Below, piece after piece: positions 1 through 9,069 of a stretch of 62,668 nt of DNA. The notes beneath the pieces are model-generated. The model was not told the DNA's origin, did not search any database, and saw nothing but the letters and a program-made list of their open reading frames with translations. Source of the stretch: a virus. Location: the IMG/VR virus record IMGVR_UViG_3300036940_000176, positions 1 to 62,668 of that record; one strand, written 5' to 3'. How positions within the stretch are numbered: the stretch's first letter is position 1; each line of letters opens with the position of its first letter. The translations under genes and the position numbers were made by a program.

Positions 1-123
1 ACGTAACAGGTTCACTTGCTGATTTACCAGCATTAACTTATCTTTTAGATTTATATAATTGCACAAACATAACAGGTTCACTTGCTGATTTACCAGCATT
101 AACTTATTATTTAAGGTTAGTTA
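1..123. repeat. Terminal overlap of the contig. Bases 1-123 are identical to 62546-62668, so the sequence closes into a 62,545-bp circle or circularly permuted unit.
   Basis: Direct comparison of both window ends. The overlap lies inside an ORF and preserves its reading frame. Confidence 0.9.
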
Positions 124-359
124 ATTGCACAAACATAACAGGTGTATTACCAACAACCGTTACAACAAGTCTAATTTATTTAAACAATACAGGATTATCA
201 TCAAGTGATGTTGATAGTACTATTGCCAATATTGTTACAGTAGGAAAATCAAACGGAACACTTGAATTAACAGGCTTAACAAGAACAGCGTCAAGTAGTG
301 CAAATATCACAACTTTAATTAGTCGTGGTTGGTCTATTGCTGATGCAACGATAGTGTAG
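3..359 (+). CDS. 3' end of the LRR tail-fibre gene that starts at 59998 and wraps across the window junction (full gene 2,907 nt, 968 aa)
   Basis: Frame 3 is open from the window edge and the NCTNITGSLADLPALTY repeats continue. Stop TAG at 357-359. The frame agrees with the 59998 ORF through the 123-bp overlap. Confidence 0.85.
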   Translation, partial: VTGSLADLPALTYLLDLYNCTNITGSLADLPALTYYLRLVNCTNITGVLPTTVTTSLIYLNNTGLSSSDVDSTIANIVTVGKSNGTLELTGLTRTASSSANITTLISRGWSIADATIV

Positions 360-369
360 GAGGTGCAAA

Positions 370-537
370 ATGAAAATATATGTATTAGAAAATAGTTATT
401 ATATTGGCGATAATCCGCCACAATATGTATTAGACAATGCACAAATTAAAACGGTTGAAGTTCCAGAAGGAAAACAAATTAAGATTGAAAATTGGGAAGT
501 TAAGTTTGTGGAAGAAGGTAATTTATATGAAATTTAA
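370..537 (+). CDS. Small hypothetical protein (55 aa, MKIYVLENSYYIGDNPPQYV...). Not in the ORF track.
   Basis: ATG 370 preceded by TAGGAGGTG. The stop overlaps the start of the next gene (ATGAAATTTAA). Confidence 0.55.
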   Translation: MKIYVLENSYYIGDNPPQYVLDNAQIKTVEVPEGKQIKIENWEVKFVEEGNLYEI

Positions 538-1150
538 AGTTAAAGCGTTAGATGTAAACAATAAAGTTGTTTGGATAAAACTAGATGATGACCATAACAT
601 TTATCAATCTATAAACTTTGATGATGTAAGTCAATACGTTCAACCGCATTATGATGATTTACGATTTAGCGCAACAACATTAAAGCAAGGCGCAACATCT
701 AAACCTGACTTTGATTATACAAACATTGGGTTATTATTTCCACAAAACGATACAAGCGAAGCAATATATATAGTTGCACAAATGCCACATAGTTGGAAAG
801 AGGGAACAAACATATTCCCACACGTACACGCTCGATTAAGTGGTTCTGGGCAACCTGTTATGAAAATGGATTATAAGTGGTACAATCCAAGCGAAGCAAC
901 GATACCGAGTTCATTTACAACATACACATTGGACACAAACACTGCGACTTGGAGTACAGGCACAATCTCAACTATGATTATGAACTCAACACCGATTGAT
1001 GGAACAGGCAAAACTGCTTCAAGTATAATTATTATCAAGTTATATCGAGATGATAATGTATACAGTGGTGATTTATTGGTTGATGAGTTTGACATTCATT
1101 ATTTAGTTGATGATATTGGTGATGATGCTGATGATTATGATTTCGAATGA
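527..1150 (+). CDS. Hypothetical virion/tail-fibre-associated protein (207 aa, acidic C-terminus)
   Basis: Track ORF 437-1150. The internal ATG 527 (MKFKVKALD) follows GGAAGAAGG and is translationally coupled to the upstream small ORF. Lies immediately after the tail fibre. Confidence 0.6.
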   Translation: MKFKVKALDVNNKVVWIKLDDDHNIYQSINFDDVSQYVQPHYDDLRFSATTLKQGATSKPDFDYTNIGLLFPQNDTSEAIYIVAQMPHSWKEGTNIFPHVHARLSGSGQPVMKMDYKWYNPSEATIPSSFTTYTLDTNTATWSTGTISTMIMNSTPIDGTGKTASSIIIIKLYRDDNVYSGDLLVDEFDIHYLVDDIGDDADDYDFE

Positions 1151-1198
1151 GGTGATTAGATGTTTGTAGGCATTAAAAATAAGAGTGAGGAGTAAACT

Positions 1199-1291
1199 AT
1201 GAGTAATCGTAAAAAGAAATATAATAGTATGTTATATAAAAGTGGGTTTAACCACTCACTTTTATATATTACAAAAAAAGAGGTGAATTAA
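1199..1291 (+). CDS. Tiny basic hypothetical protein (30 aa)
   Basis: ATG 1199 is 8 nt after GAGGAG. Stop abuts the GTG start of the next ORF. Confidence 0.35.
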   Translation: MSNRKKKYNSMLYKSGFNHSLLYITKKEVN

Positions 1292-1513
1292 GTGAATGTA
1301 GATGAAAATATTTTTGCTTACACAATGTTTAAAGTTGATTTATTAACAAATTCTTTACCACCTAAAGTTTACAATGTGTTTTTTGTAAATAATAAAAAAG
1401 GAAAACGTTTAAAAGAACTTGATGATTGGCGTAAAGAATATATCAAAAAGGAAACCAACAAGGTTCCTAAAGAAATTAGAGTTTACAAAAAAGAGGTGAG
1501 TAGAGATGAATAA
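1292..1513 (+). CDS. Hypothetical protein (73 aa, GTG start)
   Basis: Track ORF. AAGAGGTGA lies upstream of GTG 1292. Confidence 0.5.
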   Translation: MNVDENIFAYTMFKVDLLTNSLPPKVYNVFFVNNKKGKRLKELDDWRKEYIKKETNKVPKEIRVYKKEVSRDE

Positions 1514-2159
1514 AGATAGTAAAATAATGAAATTTATAATAAGAAATGCTGTTTTAATTTCTTCTTTATTGATTATTTTAGTTTTGATTTCATTAATTTT
1601 AAACGGACTAATTGTTTATAATGAAGAAACACAAGTTGCAACATTAATGTTTGCTAATTATGAAATAAATATTTCACCGCAACTTTATTCAACAATTCAA
1701 ATTTTATCAGCATTGCCTCTTGCAAGTGTAATTGTTGTATCAGTTTCTATTCTAGGTTTATATGTAAAAGTTAATGTTGAAAACAAAAAATCTAAACGTG
1801 ATTTAGATAAGTTTATGTTAATCAGCGCTAATAAATATGCCATTGATTTGTATATTGATAAAATTATTATTGATAATTCTTTTTCAATTAGTGAAATAGA
1901 AAAGGCAAATAAAAAACAAGAAATTAATAATATTATTTCAGAAATTAATGCTTTTAAATTAGAAACTGAAGATACAGCAAACCTTTCAGATGAAGAATTA
2001 CTTGCTGTAAAACAAGAAACATTAAACCAATACAATAGATTAAAAAATTATTTTGAAAGTATTGGAGATACAATTCAATTAAAAAGAATTTTACCAGCGA
2101 TTTCAGCAATTGCTTTAGAAGTTGAAGAACTACTCAAAAAGACAGGCGTAAGTGAATAA
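1506..2159 (+). CDS. Membrane protein with two N-terminal TM helices and a coiled-coil tail (possible lysis or exclusion factor)
   Basis: Hydrophobic runs AVLISSLLIILVLISLILNGLIV and ILSALPLASVIVVSVSILGLYV. Located at the end of the late operon. Confidence 0.6.
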   Translation: MNKDSKIMKFIIRNAVLISSLLIILVLISLILNGLIVYNEETQVATLMFANYEINISPQLYSTIQILSALPLASVIVVSVSILGLYVKVNVENKKSKRDLDKFMLISANKYAIDLYIDKIIIDNSFSISEIEKANKKQEINNIISEINAFKLETEDTANLSDEELLAVKQETLNQYNRLKNYFESIGDTIQLKRILPAISAIALEVEELLKKTGVSE

Positions 2160-2161
2160 TT

Positions 2162-2647
2162 ATGTTGAATACAATTCAACAATTTGTTTTAGGATTGTTG
2201 AAAGCGAGTTCTAAACAAATAAAAGAATTATGTTATTTCGCTTTGGCTGTCGGATTAAGATTTCCTTCATTATTTATTGTATTTTATTTTGTGTTTGTTT
2301 ATGGAATGGAAGATAAAATTTTTAGATTTGGAAGTTTAACTGTCAATGTAAAAGAAGTCCATATTTTGATTGTATTAGGTTTTGCTTCGTTTATGTTCAT
2401 TTATATTAGCAAGTTATTAAAAACGAAATTTAAGGCAAAAGATTATGGCACAGGACAAATAATGGTTAGATTTCTACATAAAATAAGATACATTTTAATA
2501 TTTGGCGGAATTGTAAACCTTTTAATGTTAAAATTTACTTTAACAAAAATAAATACATATATAGGAATAGTTTTAATTTGTTTCTTAGTTAGTTTTTGGT
2601 TTGAAGCAAAATATTACGATAGTTCAAAAATAGAATGGAGCGATTAG
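2162..2647 (+). CDS. Multi-pass (about 4 TM) small membrane protein, holin-like candidate
   Basis: Four hydrophobic segments in 161 aa. Position after the tail fibre genes. Confidence 0.5.
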   Translation: MLNTIQQFVLGLLKASSKQIKELCYFALAVGLRFPSLFIVFYFVFVYGMEDKIFRFGSLTVNVKEVHILIVLGFASFMFIYISKLLKTKFKAKDYGTGQIMVRFLHKIRYILIFGGIVNLLMLKFTLTKINTYIGIVLICFLVSFWFEAKYYDSSKIEWSD

Positions 2648-3250
2648 ATGGATAAAAAAAGTCCTTTTATTAATATTATGAAAAATAATAAAGAAGTAGA
2701 AGAAGAAGTTACTACAGATAACGAAAAAACAAAAAATTTAAAAGAAAAAACATCTGATTTTTTAAGTAAAAAAGCCCAAAATATTAAGGAAGTTTCAAAA
2801 ATTGAAAAAGATGAAGATTATAAAGAGGTAAAAGAAGAGGTAAAAACTTCGACACATTCAAATGTCATATTTTTGCTTCTTGGTCCAATCATTGGGTTTG
2901 TAACTGGTCCTGCCTTATTCTTGTTTGCGATAGATATAGAGGAAGAACAATTTGCAATTATGAAAATAGCATTATTAGGAAATGCTATTGGTTTATTTTT
3001 AACCATGATTATTGCTTATACAGTTTTCAAAGATGGTATTAGAAAAACCACGTTAAGCGTATTTAGGCATTTCTTCACAAAAGGCAAGATTTCAGATATT
3101 AAACATGAACAATTAGTAGAAAAAAATGAAGAACTAAAAATCAAAAACGAAGAACTAACATCTGAAGTTAAAAGATTAAATGAAGATTTATATGAATATA
3201 ACATAGAAAAAGAAATTAAAAAAAGAGCAAATAAAAAAGAGGCTGATTAA
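2648..3250 (+). CDS. Membrane protein with central TM helices flanked by charged/coiled-coil regions
   Basis: VIFLLLGPIIGFVTGPALFLFAI and IALLGNAIGLFLTMIIAYTVF segments. Last gene before the convergent terminator. Confidence 0.55.
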   Translation: MDKKSPFINIMKNNKEVEEEVTTDNEKTKNLKEKTSDFLSKKAQNIKEVSKIEKDEDYKEVKEEVKTSTHSNVIFLLLGPIIGFVTGPALFLFAIDIEEEQFAIMKIALLGNAIGLFLTMIIAYTVFKDGIRKTTLSVFRHFFTKGKISDIKHEQLVEKNEELKIKNEELTSEVKRLNEDLYEYNIEKEIKKRANKKEAD

Positions 3251-3262
3251 GCCTCTTTTATT
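3233..3262. terminator. Bidirectional intrinsic terminator between convergent operons
   Basis: AAAAAAGAGGCT-gatta-AGCCTCTTTTATT. A 7-bp GC-rich stem (3238-3256) has an A-run on one side and a T-run on the other. Confidence 0.75.
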
Positions 3263-6200
3263 ATAATCTATAGTTGCTATCTTTAGGGATATATCCAATC
3301 TCAAATATAAATGAAAATCCAGCGATTAGCAAATACGTATCTTGCTTATGTTTTAAAACTAATTTAAATCCCATTGCTTCTGTGCTATCCATAATTTCAA
3401 AATATCTAAATGTTTGAGCAAAGAAACCTAATCTATTTTCACCTAAAATAAAATCATTTAATTTGATAGGTTTATCACCTAGTGCGTTTGGTATTTGATT
3501 ATCTAAATCATTTTCAATTCTTGAATATCCAGTAATTGTATCACCGTTATCAGAAAACTCTAACTCTCCATCAGTCGTTCCTAATATTGGTACGTTATCT
3601 GTTAATACATTTATATATAATTCCAATTGTTCATCAACCAATGAATTAAAATCTATGCTAAATTCATATAATTTTTTAAGATACTCTTCATATTCAAACG
3701 ATAAATATTTGGTTTCTATTTCGACTTCAAAAACTTCGTCAACATCTTTAAAATAGCCTTGATTACTTATAGATAATTCATCTAATTGGTCAACGGTACT
3801 ATTAATTATTCTTTGATGTTCGTATAATTTGTTTTCAATAGTTCTATTGTCTATCGCATATAATATATCATCAAACTTGTAAAAACGAGAAAATACCAAT
3901 TCTGAACTTTCATCCATTGTAAATACATTATTATAAGTGAAGTGAAATTTCAAAATTCTTGTTTGATTTGGGAAACAAATATAGTATTTGTTATTGTAAA
4001 TAATTGCTGTTGCTTCTTCATCTCTAACAACAAGATTATCAACAGGTTCATCAATTTTATAAGTCTTTGCGTATTCAGAACTTAAATCAATATTTTCAGT
4101 TACATGCAACCCTTCTTCAGCAAGAAATATTAATCTACCATCATTAGTTTTAACAACACTATCTGGTGCATAAGCCCCTATATTACTTTCTAGTGTAATA
4201 AATTTGAAGAAAGGTTCGTATGGATAACCAGAGACTTCAATGTCGTCACCTTTACCAATTAGAGCAACAATAGAGTTTTTTGTAAATCCTAATAAAGCAT
4301 TATCTAAAGGAATTATTTTTCTAACAAATTCTTGCCTTAAAGCGTTTAGCGGTATTACACCACTTACTGAAAACCAAGTATCTTTACCACTAAATGATTT
4401 GTAAATATTTCTTGTTCCATTATCATAAAGAATTATTTTGTTATAATATTGTATAATTCTTTTGCATGAATTTATTTCTCCACTTGTTGAAGTAATATCT
4501 ATGTCTTTGTTTTTATCAACGTTACTTACTTCATAACCATACATAAAACCATATTTGTAAAGTGATGTGTCTCCGTTATCTTTATTTCTCATTGTTACCC
4601 TGATATTGTATTTTCCTGGTTCTGCAAAGTTAATAATTGTTTTTCTTCCAGTTTCTCCATTTATAAAATCTTCTGATATTTCTATATCAAAAACACTTAA
4701 ATCATCAGTTGTTTCTTTTTGCGCTTCAAATTTAAAATCATAGTCTTCAATAGTTTTTCCAAATAAAATAGTACAAAATGCTTTTATTATATTATCTACA
4801 TTTGAAATACCAAATTTATCCTTAGTTCTTACTAAATCAACTTGGTATGTCGCACCATTTTCAAAATCATTAACGCTTTCAAAGGGGTCTTCTAAAATAA
4901 GATTTAAACCACCAATTGCTACTTCTTGTGTGTTTGGTTCATATGCAATCTTGTCTACTTCTTGTGCTAGTAAAACAACTCTGTAGTATTCGTTAAGAAC
5001 ATATCTTAAACATAATACTTTAGAGCCAGTAGCAATATAACAATTATTTCCTAAAATAGTATATTCGATTAAATCATCTGTTTGAAAATTTGTTAAAGAA
5101 TGCTCTGCATCAACATTATTTATTTCGTCCATAGGATATACTAAACTTCCAATACTTTGCGTATCATATCCACCATCATTATCATATTCTAAAACAAAAT
5201 TTTTTGTAGACAATTCAATTGGACTAGAATTTGGGTCAAAATAAAACGAAACAGTAAAATCAGGTTCATATAATGTAGGCAAATCTAAGTCTTCCCATAC
5301 TTTAACTCCACCAATTTCAAACTTATCACTTTCATAATCTAAAATAATTGTATCTGTATCTGTATCATATATTTTAATATCTATTGCATCATTTAGTTTA
5401 TCATAAGCAAGTTCAATAGACCTGTTTACTTCTCCTCTTGGATTAGAAGGAGTTGCTTCAATTTCATCAATTAAAATATTTCCATCTGTTAAATCTAGAG
5501 TTTCATAACTTTCTAATGTTTCATTCCATTTTTCTAAAGTTAATCTTAAATAAATATTTTGAACTTCATCTGTTGAATTGTAAACGTATGATATTTTCAT
5601 TTCAACAAGAACATAATGGTAGTCGTAATCGTATCCAAGTATTTTATATTTTTCTATTAAATCTTCTAAATCATTTCTTGTTGTTCCATCTTCCAAATAA
5701 TAATATCGTTTATAATCCATTTTAAAAACTAAGTCTCTAATAGAAGTGTCGTAAGATGAATAGGCATCTTTTTTGTAAATTAAAATATTTGTGTTAGTAG
5801 TTGCTGATGATTTAGAAACCCATTCTCCTAATTCATTATTAAAAGTTTCAAAACTTCCATCTTCACTTGTTAAAAATTCTTGTTGCCAATTTCTTTTTAC
5901 AGGATTAAAATTAAAAGATGGTCTATAATCATATGAAATGGCCGTGTCTAAATCTACAAGATATATTTTACCGTCAATTGCAATTAATTTAGAGTTAATT
6001 GCTAAATCCGTTTCTTTTGGGGATGTATGATTTTGAAATTGAAATTGTTGAGAAACTTCGTCAATTGAATAAGGTCTTGCCGAAAAATCAATATAAGCCT
6101 GAACCTTTCCGTCAGGTACTAGGTCTGGCATTATATCTTTGTATCCTAACCTACGAACCAAAGAACCTCTCCTATTTAAATCAACATTTTTCATTAAAGG

Positions 6201-6299
6201 AAACTGTTTATCGCTAAGACTTCTGTTACCATAATTAGATACAAGACCTTTTGAAAAATCTTGTATTGTTGCCTTTTTAAATCTGCTGTTTTCAGCCAT
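3261..6299 (-). CDS. Large tail protein, podovirus nozzle / tail-tubular-B-like candidate (1,012 aa)
   Basis: N-terminus FSKGLVSN..R.L.D.Q....N.DL...GSLVRRLGY resembles the T7 gp12/P22 gp10-type N-terminal motif. Repeated beta-strand-rich blocks suggest a propeller. ATG 6299 sits after GGGGG. Confidence 0.45.
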   Translation of the reverse strand: MAENSRFKKATIQDFSKGLVSNYGNRSLSDKQFPLMKNVDLNRRGSLVRRLGYKDIMPDLVPDGKVQAYIDFSARPYSIDEVSQQFQFQNHTSPKETDLAINSKLIAIDGKIYLVDLDTAISYDYRPSFNFNPVKRNWQQEFLTSEDGSFETFNNELGEWVSKSSATTNTNILIYKKDAYSSYDTSIRDLVFKMDYKRYYYLEDGTTRNDLEDLIEKYKILGYDYDYHYVLVEMKISYVYNSTDEVQNIYLRLTLEKWNETLESYETLDLTDGNILIDEIEATPSNPRGEVNRSIELAYDKLNDAIDIKIYDTDTDTIILDYESDKFEIGGVKVWEDLDLPTLYEPDFTVSFYFDPNSSPIELSTKNFVLEYDNDGGYDTQSIGSLVYPMDEINNVDAEHSLTNFQTDDLIEYTILGNNCYIATGSKVLCLRYVLNEYYRVVLLAQEVDKIAYEPNTQEVAIGGLNLILEDPFESVNDFENGATYQVDLVRTKDKFGISNVDNIIKAFCTILFGKTIEDYDFKFEAQKETTDDLSVFDIEISEDFINGETGRKTIINFAEPGKYNIRVTMRNKDNGDTSLYKYGFMYGYEVSNVDKNKDIDITSTSGEINSCKRIIQYYNKIILYDNGTRNIYKSFSGKDTWFSVSGVIPLNALRQEFVRKIIPLDNALLGFTKNSIVALIGKGDDIEVSGYPYEPFFKFITLESNIGAYAPDSVVKTNDGRLIFLAEEGLHVTENIDLSSEYAKTYKIDEPVDNLVVRDEEATAIIYNNKYYICFPNQTRILKFHFTYNNVFTMDESSELVFSRFYKFDDILYAIDNRTIENKLYEHQRIINSTVDQLDELSISNQGYFKDVDEVFEVEIETKYLSFEYEEYLKKLYEFSIDFNSLVDEQLELYINVLTDNVPILGTTDGELEFSDNGDTITGYSRIENDLDNQIPNALGDKPIKLNDFILGENRLGFFAQTFRYFEIMDSTEAMGFKLVLKHKQDTYLLIAGFSFIFEIGYIPKDSNYRL

Positions 6300-6301
6300 G
6301 A

Positions 6302-7909
6302 TTATAACCCCCAACTTTTAGTAACTGTGTGTTGAGTTCTTTGATTTCTTAGATATTTATCAGAAATAAATTGAGCATATTGATTTTTCATATCAATAAA
6401 TTTATTCAAATATAAGTTTGATGTATCGTAATCCTTCCACCCTTCGTTATATTTGTGGATTACATAATAATTAATTAAATTATAAAACTTTTTATCTAGT
6501 GGAATTTCTAAACTATCAAGTTCAGTTTCGTCGGCATCCAATGTATATGTAGGCAAATCTTTATAATAATAAATTTTAATTTCACAATTATTTTCAAGTA
6601 AATAAGATTTTACATTTAATATTGTATCGTTATTACTTAAATAATAAATATGTTGTTTTTGATGATATGTCGTGTTATTTTGATTTGGCAAATAATTTGA
6701 ACTTACAACTTCATCGTTACTTTGACTTCTTTCTTGAACAGTGTAAATTTCACTTCCATAGATTATTTCTACTTTAATAATTTCTTGAAAATTTTCAGGC
6801 AATTTAATAGCGTTGTTTTGAATATAAATCTTATCTTCTATTTCATCACTATCTTCAAGTGGCTTAATTTGGTCAACCGTGTTTAAATACGTTTCAAGAG
6901 TTATTGGGTCCGTTCTTAAAGCAACTTCATCATAATTAACTATTTCACCGTTACTATAAGGTTCTTCAATGTTTTCTGTTGTTTTGATAACTGTTCTTAC
7001 GGTTTCTTCTTCTAGTGCTTCTAAAATTTCAATTGCAGTAGATAGGTCAAAATCGGTGTTATCAATCGCTAACAACATAACACCATATAATCCATCAATG
7101 TATAATTTAGGAACTCCTGAAGTTGCTCCTGGTTCTATCGTATACCTAATTCCAAAATTGACCACACCACTATAATTCATTTCAAATTTCTCATAAATTT
7201 CATACCATTTATCACTTTCAACGGTTGTTGGTGTGACATCGATTAAGTCTGTATTTGTTGGTGATGCACCTGTTTCATCGGCACCATAATCAATCACAAC
7301 CTCTATTTTCATTCCAGAATAAGATGTGCTATCTTGTGGTACTTTAAATCTAAAATTAAAAAATACGTTATCTCCGCTTTCTACTGTGGCTTGAGAAGGA
7401 TTGTAAATTTCGACGTACTCAACAGGGTCTCCTGTGACTTCTACTTTACCAATATTATTTACAGCAGAAAAAGTTACGTCTGTATCTCTTGAGAACCAAA
7501 CATATTCATCTCTTACAACTTCTTCAAATGCACCATTTATAACCATATTATTTGTTTCTGAAAATTTAGCGATTGTTAAAATTGTTTTGTCTTCGTCGTA
7601 AATATATTGACTAATAACATGCTCATCTTCCCAATCCTTAGAAATTGTTTCTCCATCTTCTACGTAAACATCATAAGTATCAACAGTTGTTAAACGATAA
7701 TCTTTATAAAGTTTGTGCAATCCGTTTTTAAAAAGTACATACAAATAATAATCGTTATCCAATGGGGCTTTAATAGGTTCTGTTTCGATTTTAGCAACTT
7801 CACTCAATTGTTCTATTGCTTCGTTAGTCCAAAGTAAAAAATCTTCAGCGGATATACTTTTTCTTATTGTTTTTTCCGCTCTTTTTTTAATTTGAGATAG
7901 TGTTATCAT
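6302..7909 (-). CDS. Tail/adaptor-like structural protein with a central CBM-like beta-sandwich insertion (535 aa)
   Basis: Immediately upstream of the nozzle candidate. The NGAFEE...W...VEVTGDPVEYVEIY pattern resembles carbohydrate-binding jelly rolls. Confidence 0.35.
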   Translation of the reverse strand: MITLSQIKKRAEKTIRKSISAEDFLLWTNEAIEQLSEVAKIETEPIKAPLDNDYYLYVLFKNGLHKLYKDYRLTTVDTYDVYVEDGETISKDWEDEHVISQYIYDEDKTILTIAKFSETNNMVINGAFEEVVRDEYVWFSRDTDVTFSAVNNIGKVEVTGDPVEYVEIYNPSQATVESGDNVFFNFRFKVPQDSTSYSGMKIEVVIDYGADETGASPTNTDLIDVTPTTVESDKWYEIYEKFEMNYSGVVNFGIRYTIEPGATSGVPKLYIDGLYGVMLLAIDNTDFDLSTAIEILEALEEETVRTVIKTTENIEEPYSNGEIVNYDEVALRTDPITLETYLNTVDQIKPLEDSDEIEDKIYIQNNAIKLPENFQEIIKVEIIYGSEIYTVQERSQSNDEVVSSNYLPNQNNTTYHQKQHIYYLSNNDTILNVKSYLLENNCEIKIYYYKDLPTYTLDADETELDSLEIPLDKKFYNLINYYVIHKYNEGWKDYDTSNLYLNKFIDMKNQYAQFISDKYLRNQRTQHTVTKSWGL

Positions 7910-7923
7910 ATTTTATCACCTTT

Positions 7924-8358
7924 CTAATAAACATCAAAAGTTCCGTTTAAATATTCTACAACTTTGTCCGATGCTTTTTTCATTTTTATTCTATCTACTT
8001 TATCATTCCAATCATCAAGTCTACTATTGTAATCGTCCACTCTTTTTAAAATTAATTCTCCATGTTTTGAAAAGTCATTAGCATATATTTTGTCAATGAC
8101 ACTTGTGTCTAATTTTTTACCTAAAGTCATTTGATATGTCGTCCAATTGGATATTCCTGGATAAAAACTTTTTAAATCGTGCAATTCAAATTTTTCATTT
8201 TTAGAATTGTAAACAACAAATAGTGTTTTTGAATAAGTTTTTATTAACTCTGGTATTTTATAGGTGCTTGTGAAAATTGGGGTTAAAAACTTATTGTGCA
8301 TCAAAACATTATAAATTTTTTGTTTTTCTTTCAAATTATACTTTAACAAACGAACCAC
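7924..8358 (-). CDS. Hypothetical protein, first gene of the minus-strand tail operon
   Basis: Track ORF. The real start may be TTG 8349, 5 nt after GAGGTGG. Confidence 0.5.
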   Translation of the reverse strand: MVRLLKYNLKEKQKIYNVLMHNKFLTPIFTSTYKIPELIKTYSKTLFVVYNSKNEKFELHDLKSFYPGISNWTTYQMTLGKKLDTSVIDKIYANDFSKHGELILKRVDDYNSRLDDWNDKVDRIKMKKASDKVVEYLNGTFDVY

Positions 8359-8506
8359 CTCATGTTAATTATACAATAAATTATATTATTTGTATATAAT
8401 AAAAAGCATCATCACATAATGTAACGATACTTTCTTTTAAAAATATGACATATTTCCTCCTTTTACCTCATTTACACTTGTACTCGGTGTAACGTGGGTA
8501 TAATTA

Positions 8507-8535
8507 ATTATATAATATTTGTCACTTAATGTCAA
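8507..8535 (-). promoter_or_regulatory. Consensus sigma-A type promoter of the tail operon
   Basis: Minus strand reads TTGACA (8535-8530), a 17-nt spacer, then TATAAT (8512-8507). CACGTTAC motif at 8496-8489 just downstream. Confidence 0.75.
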
Positions 8536-8570
8536 AAAAATGCAATAAGCACTACAAATTGTAGTGCTTA
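8534..8570 (-). terminator. Second (back-up) hairpin terminator candidate
   Basis: 10-bp perfect stem TAAGCACTAC/GTAGTGCTTA (8546-8570), followed on the minus strand by ttgca then T7. Confidence 0.4.
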
Positions 8571-8642
8571 TCTAGGAAATTAGAACAAAAAACAGAACGT
8601 GTGCACGCACATTTTTATTATACACTAAAAAAAATATAAAAC

Positions 8643-8688
8643 AAATAAAAAAGCCAAACCAACGGCTACGGGTTCGTTGATTTGGCTT
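8643..8688 (-). terminator. Strong intrinsic terminator ending the ncRNA unit
   Basis: 14-bp stem AAGCCAAAUCAACG/CGUUGGUUUGGCUU. It has one U-G wobble on the minus strand that would be an A-C mismatch on the plus strand. Followed by TTTTATTTG. Confidence 0.8.
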
Positions 8689-9063
8689 AGTGTGTTTCGC
8701 TTGTTTCATTCCCAAGAATGAGTGACAAGCCTTTATATATATTTTACATCAGAGTGTGAACTGCAAGTTTTCCATCTTGCAACATTTAATCACTATAACT
8801 GATGGGTTTAACAGTAAGAGGGCTGTCTCCAACCCTCTAAGGAAGGGGATGTGTGAATAAAAATTATTCACCATGCTATGTTTGTACTCGTTCTCCACAA
8901 GTACAGACGTAAGGGATAAGTTGCGACAATGTCGCTGGCACTGAATGAGTAGTTTATAGATACAGTACTTGTCGAGAGTTCGTATCACTCATTCAGCATC
9001 AGCGACACCCACTAATTAAAGTGGAATGTCTTTAACTATAGAAAGGAAGTGACACTCAATCAC
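8689..9063 (-). ncRNA. Candidate large structured ncRNA (about 420 nt including the terminator), class unknown
   Basis: Own promoter and terminator, with no SD-preceded ORF. Local GC is well above the flanks. Nested helices include CTGAATGAGT(8941-8950)/ACTCATTCAG(8986-8995), GTCGCTG(8931-8937)/CAGCGAC(9000-9006), AGAGGG/CCCTCT(8817-8838) and GTGAATAA/TTATTCAC(8853-8871). Confidence 0.6.
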
Positions 9064-9069
9064 AGTTAT

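Noticed and set aside
1-123. 123-bp identical termini, considered as phage direct terminal repeats or mobile-element ends
   Set aside because: The duplication sits in the middle of the tail-fibre ORF and preserves its frame. It is best explained as the overlap of a circularised or permuted assembly, not as physical DTRs or IS ends.
8749-8988. 79-aa minus-strand ORF inside the candidate ncRNA
   Set aside because: It has a GTG start without an SD and is Cys/Leu-rich. It runs straight through the long-range helices, and the unit has its own promoter and terminator consistent with a non-coding RNA.
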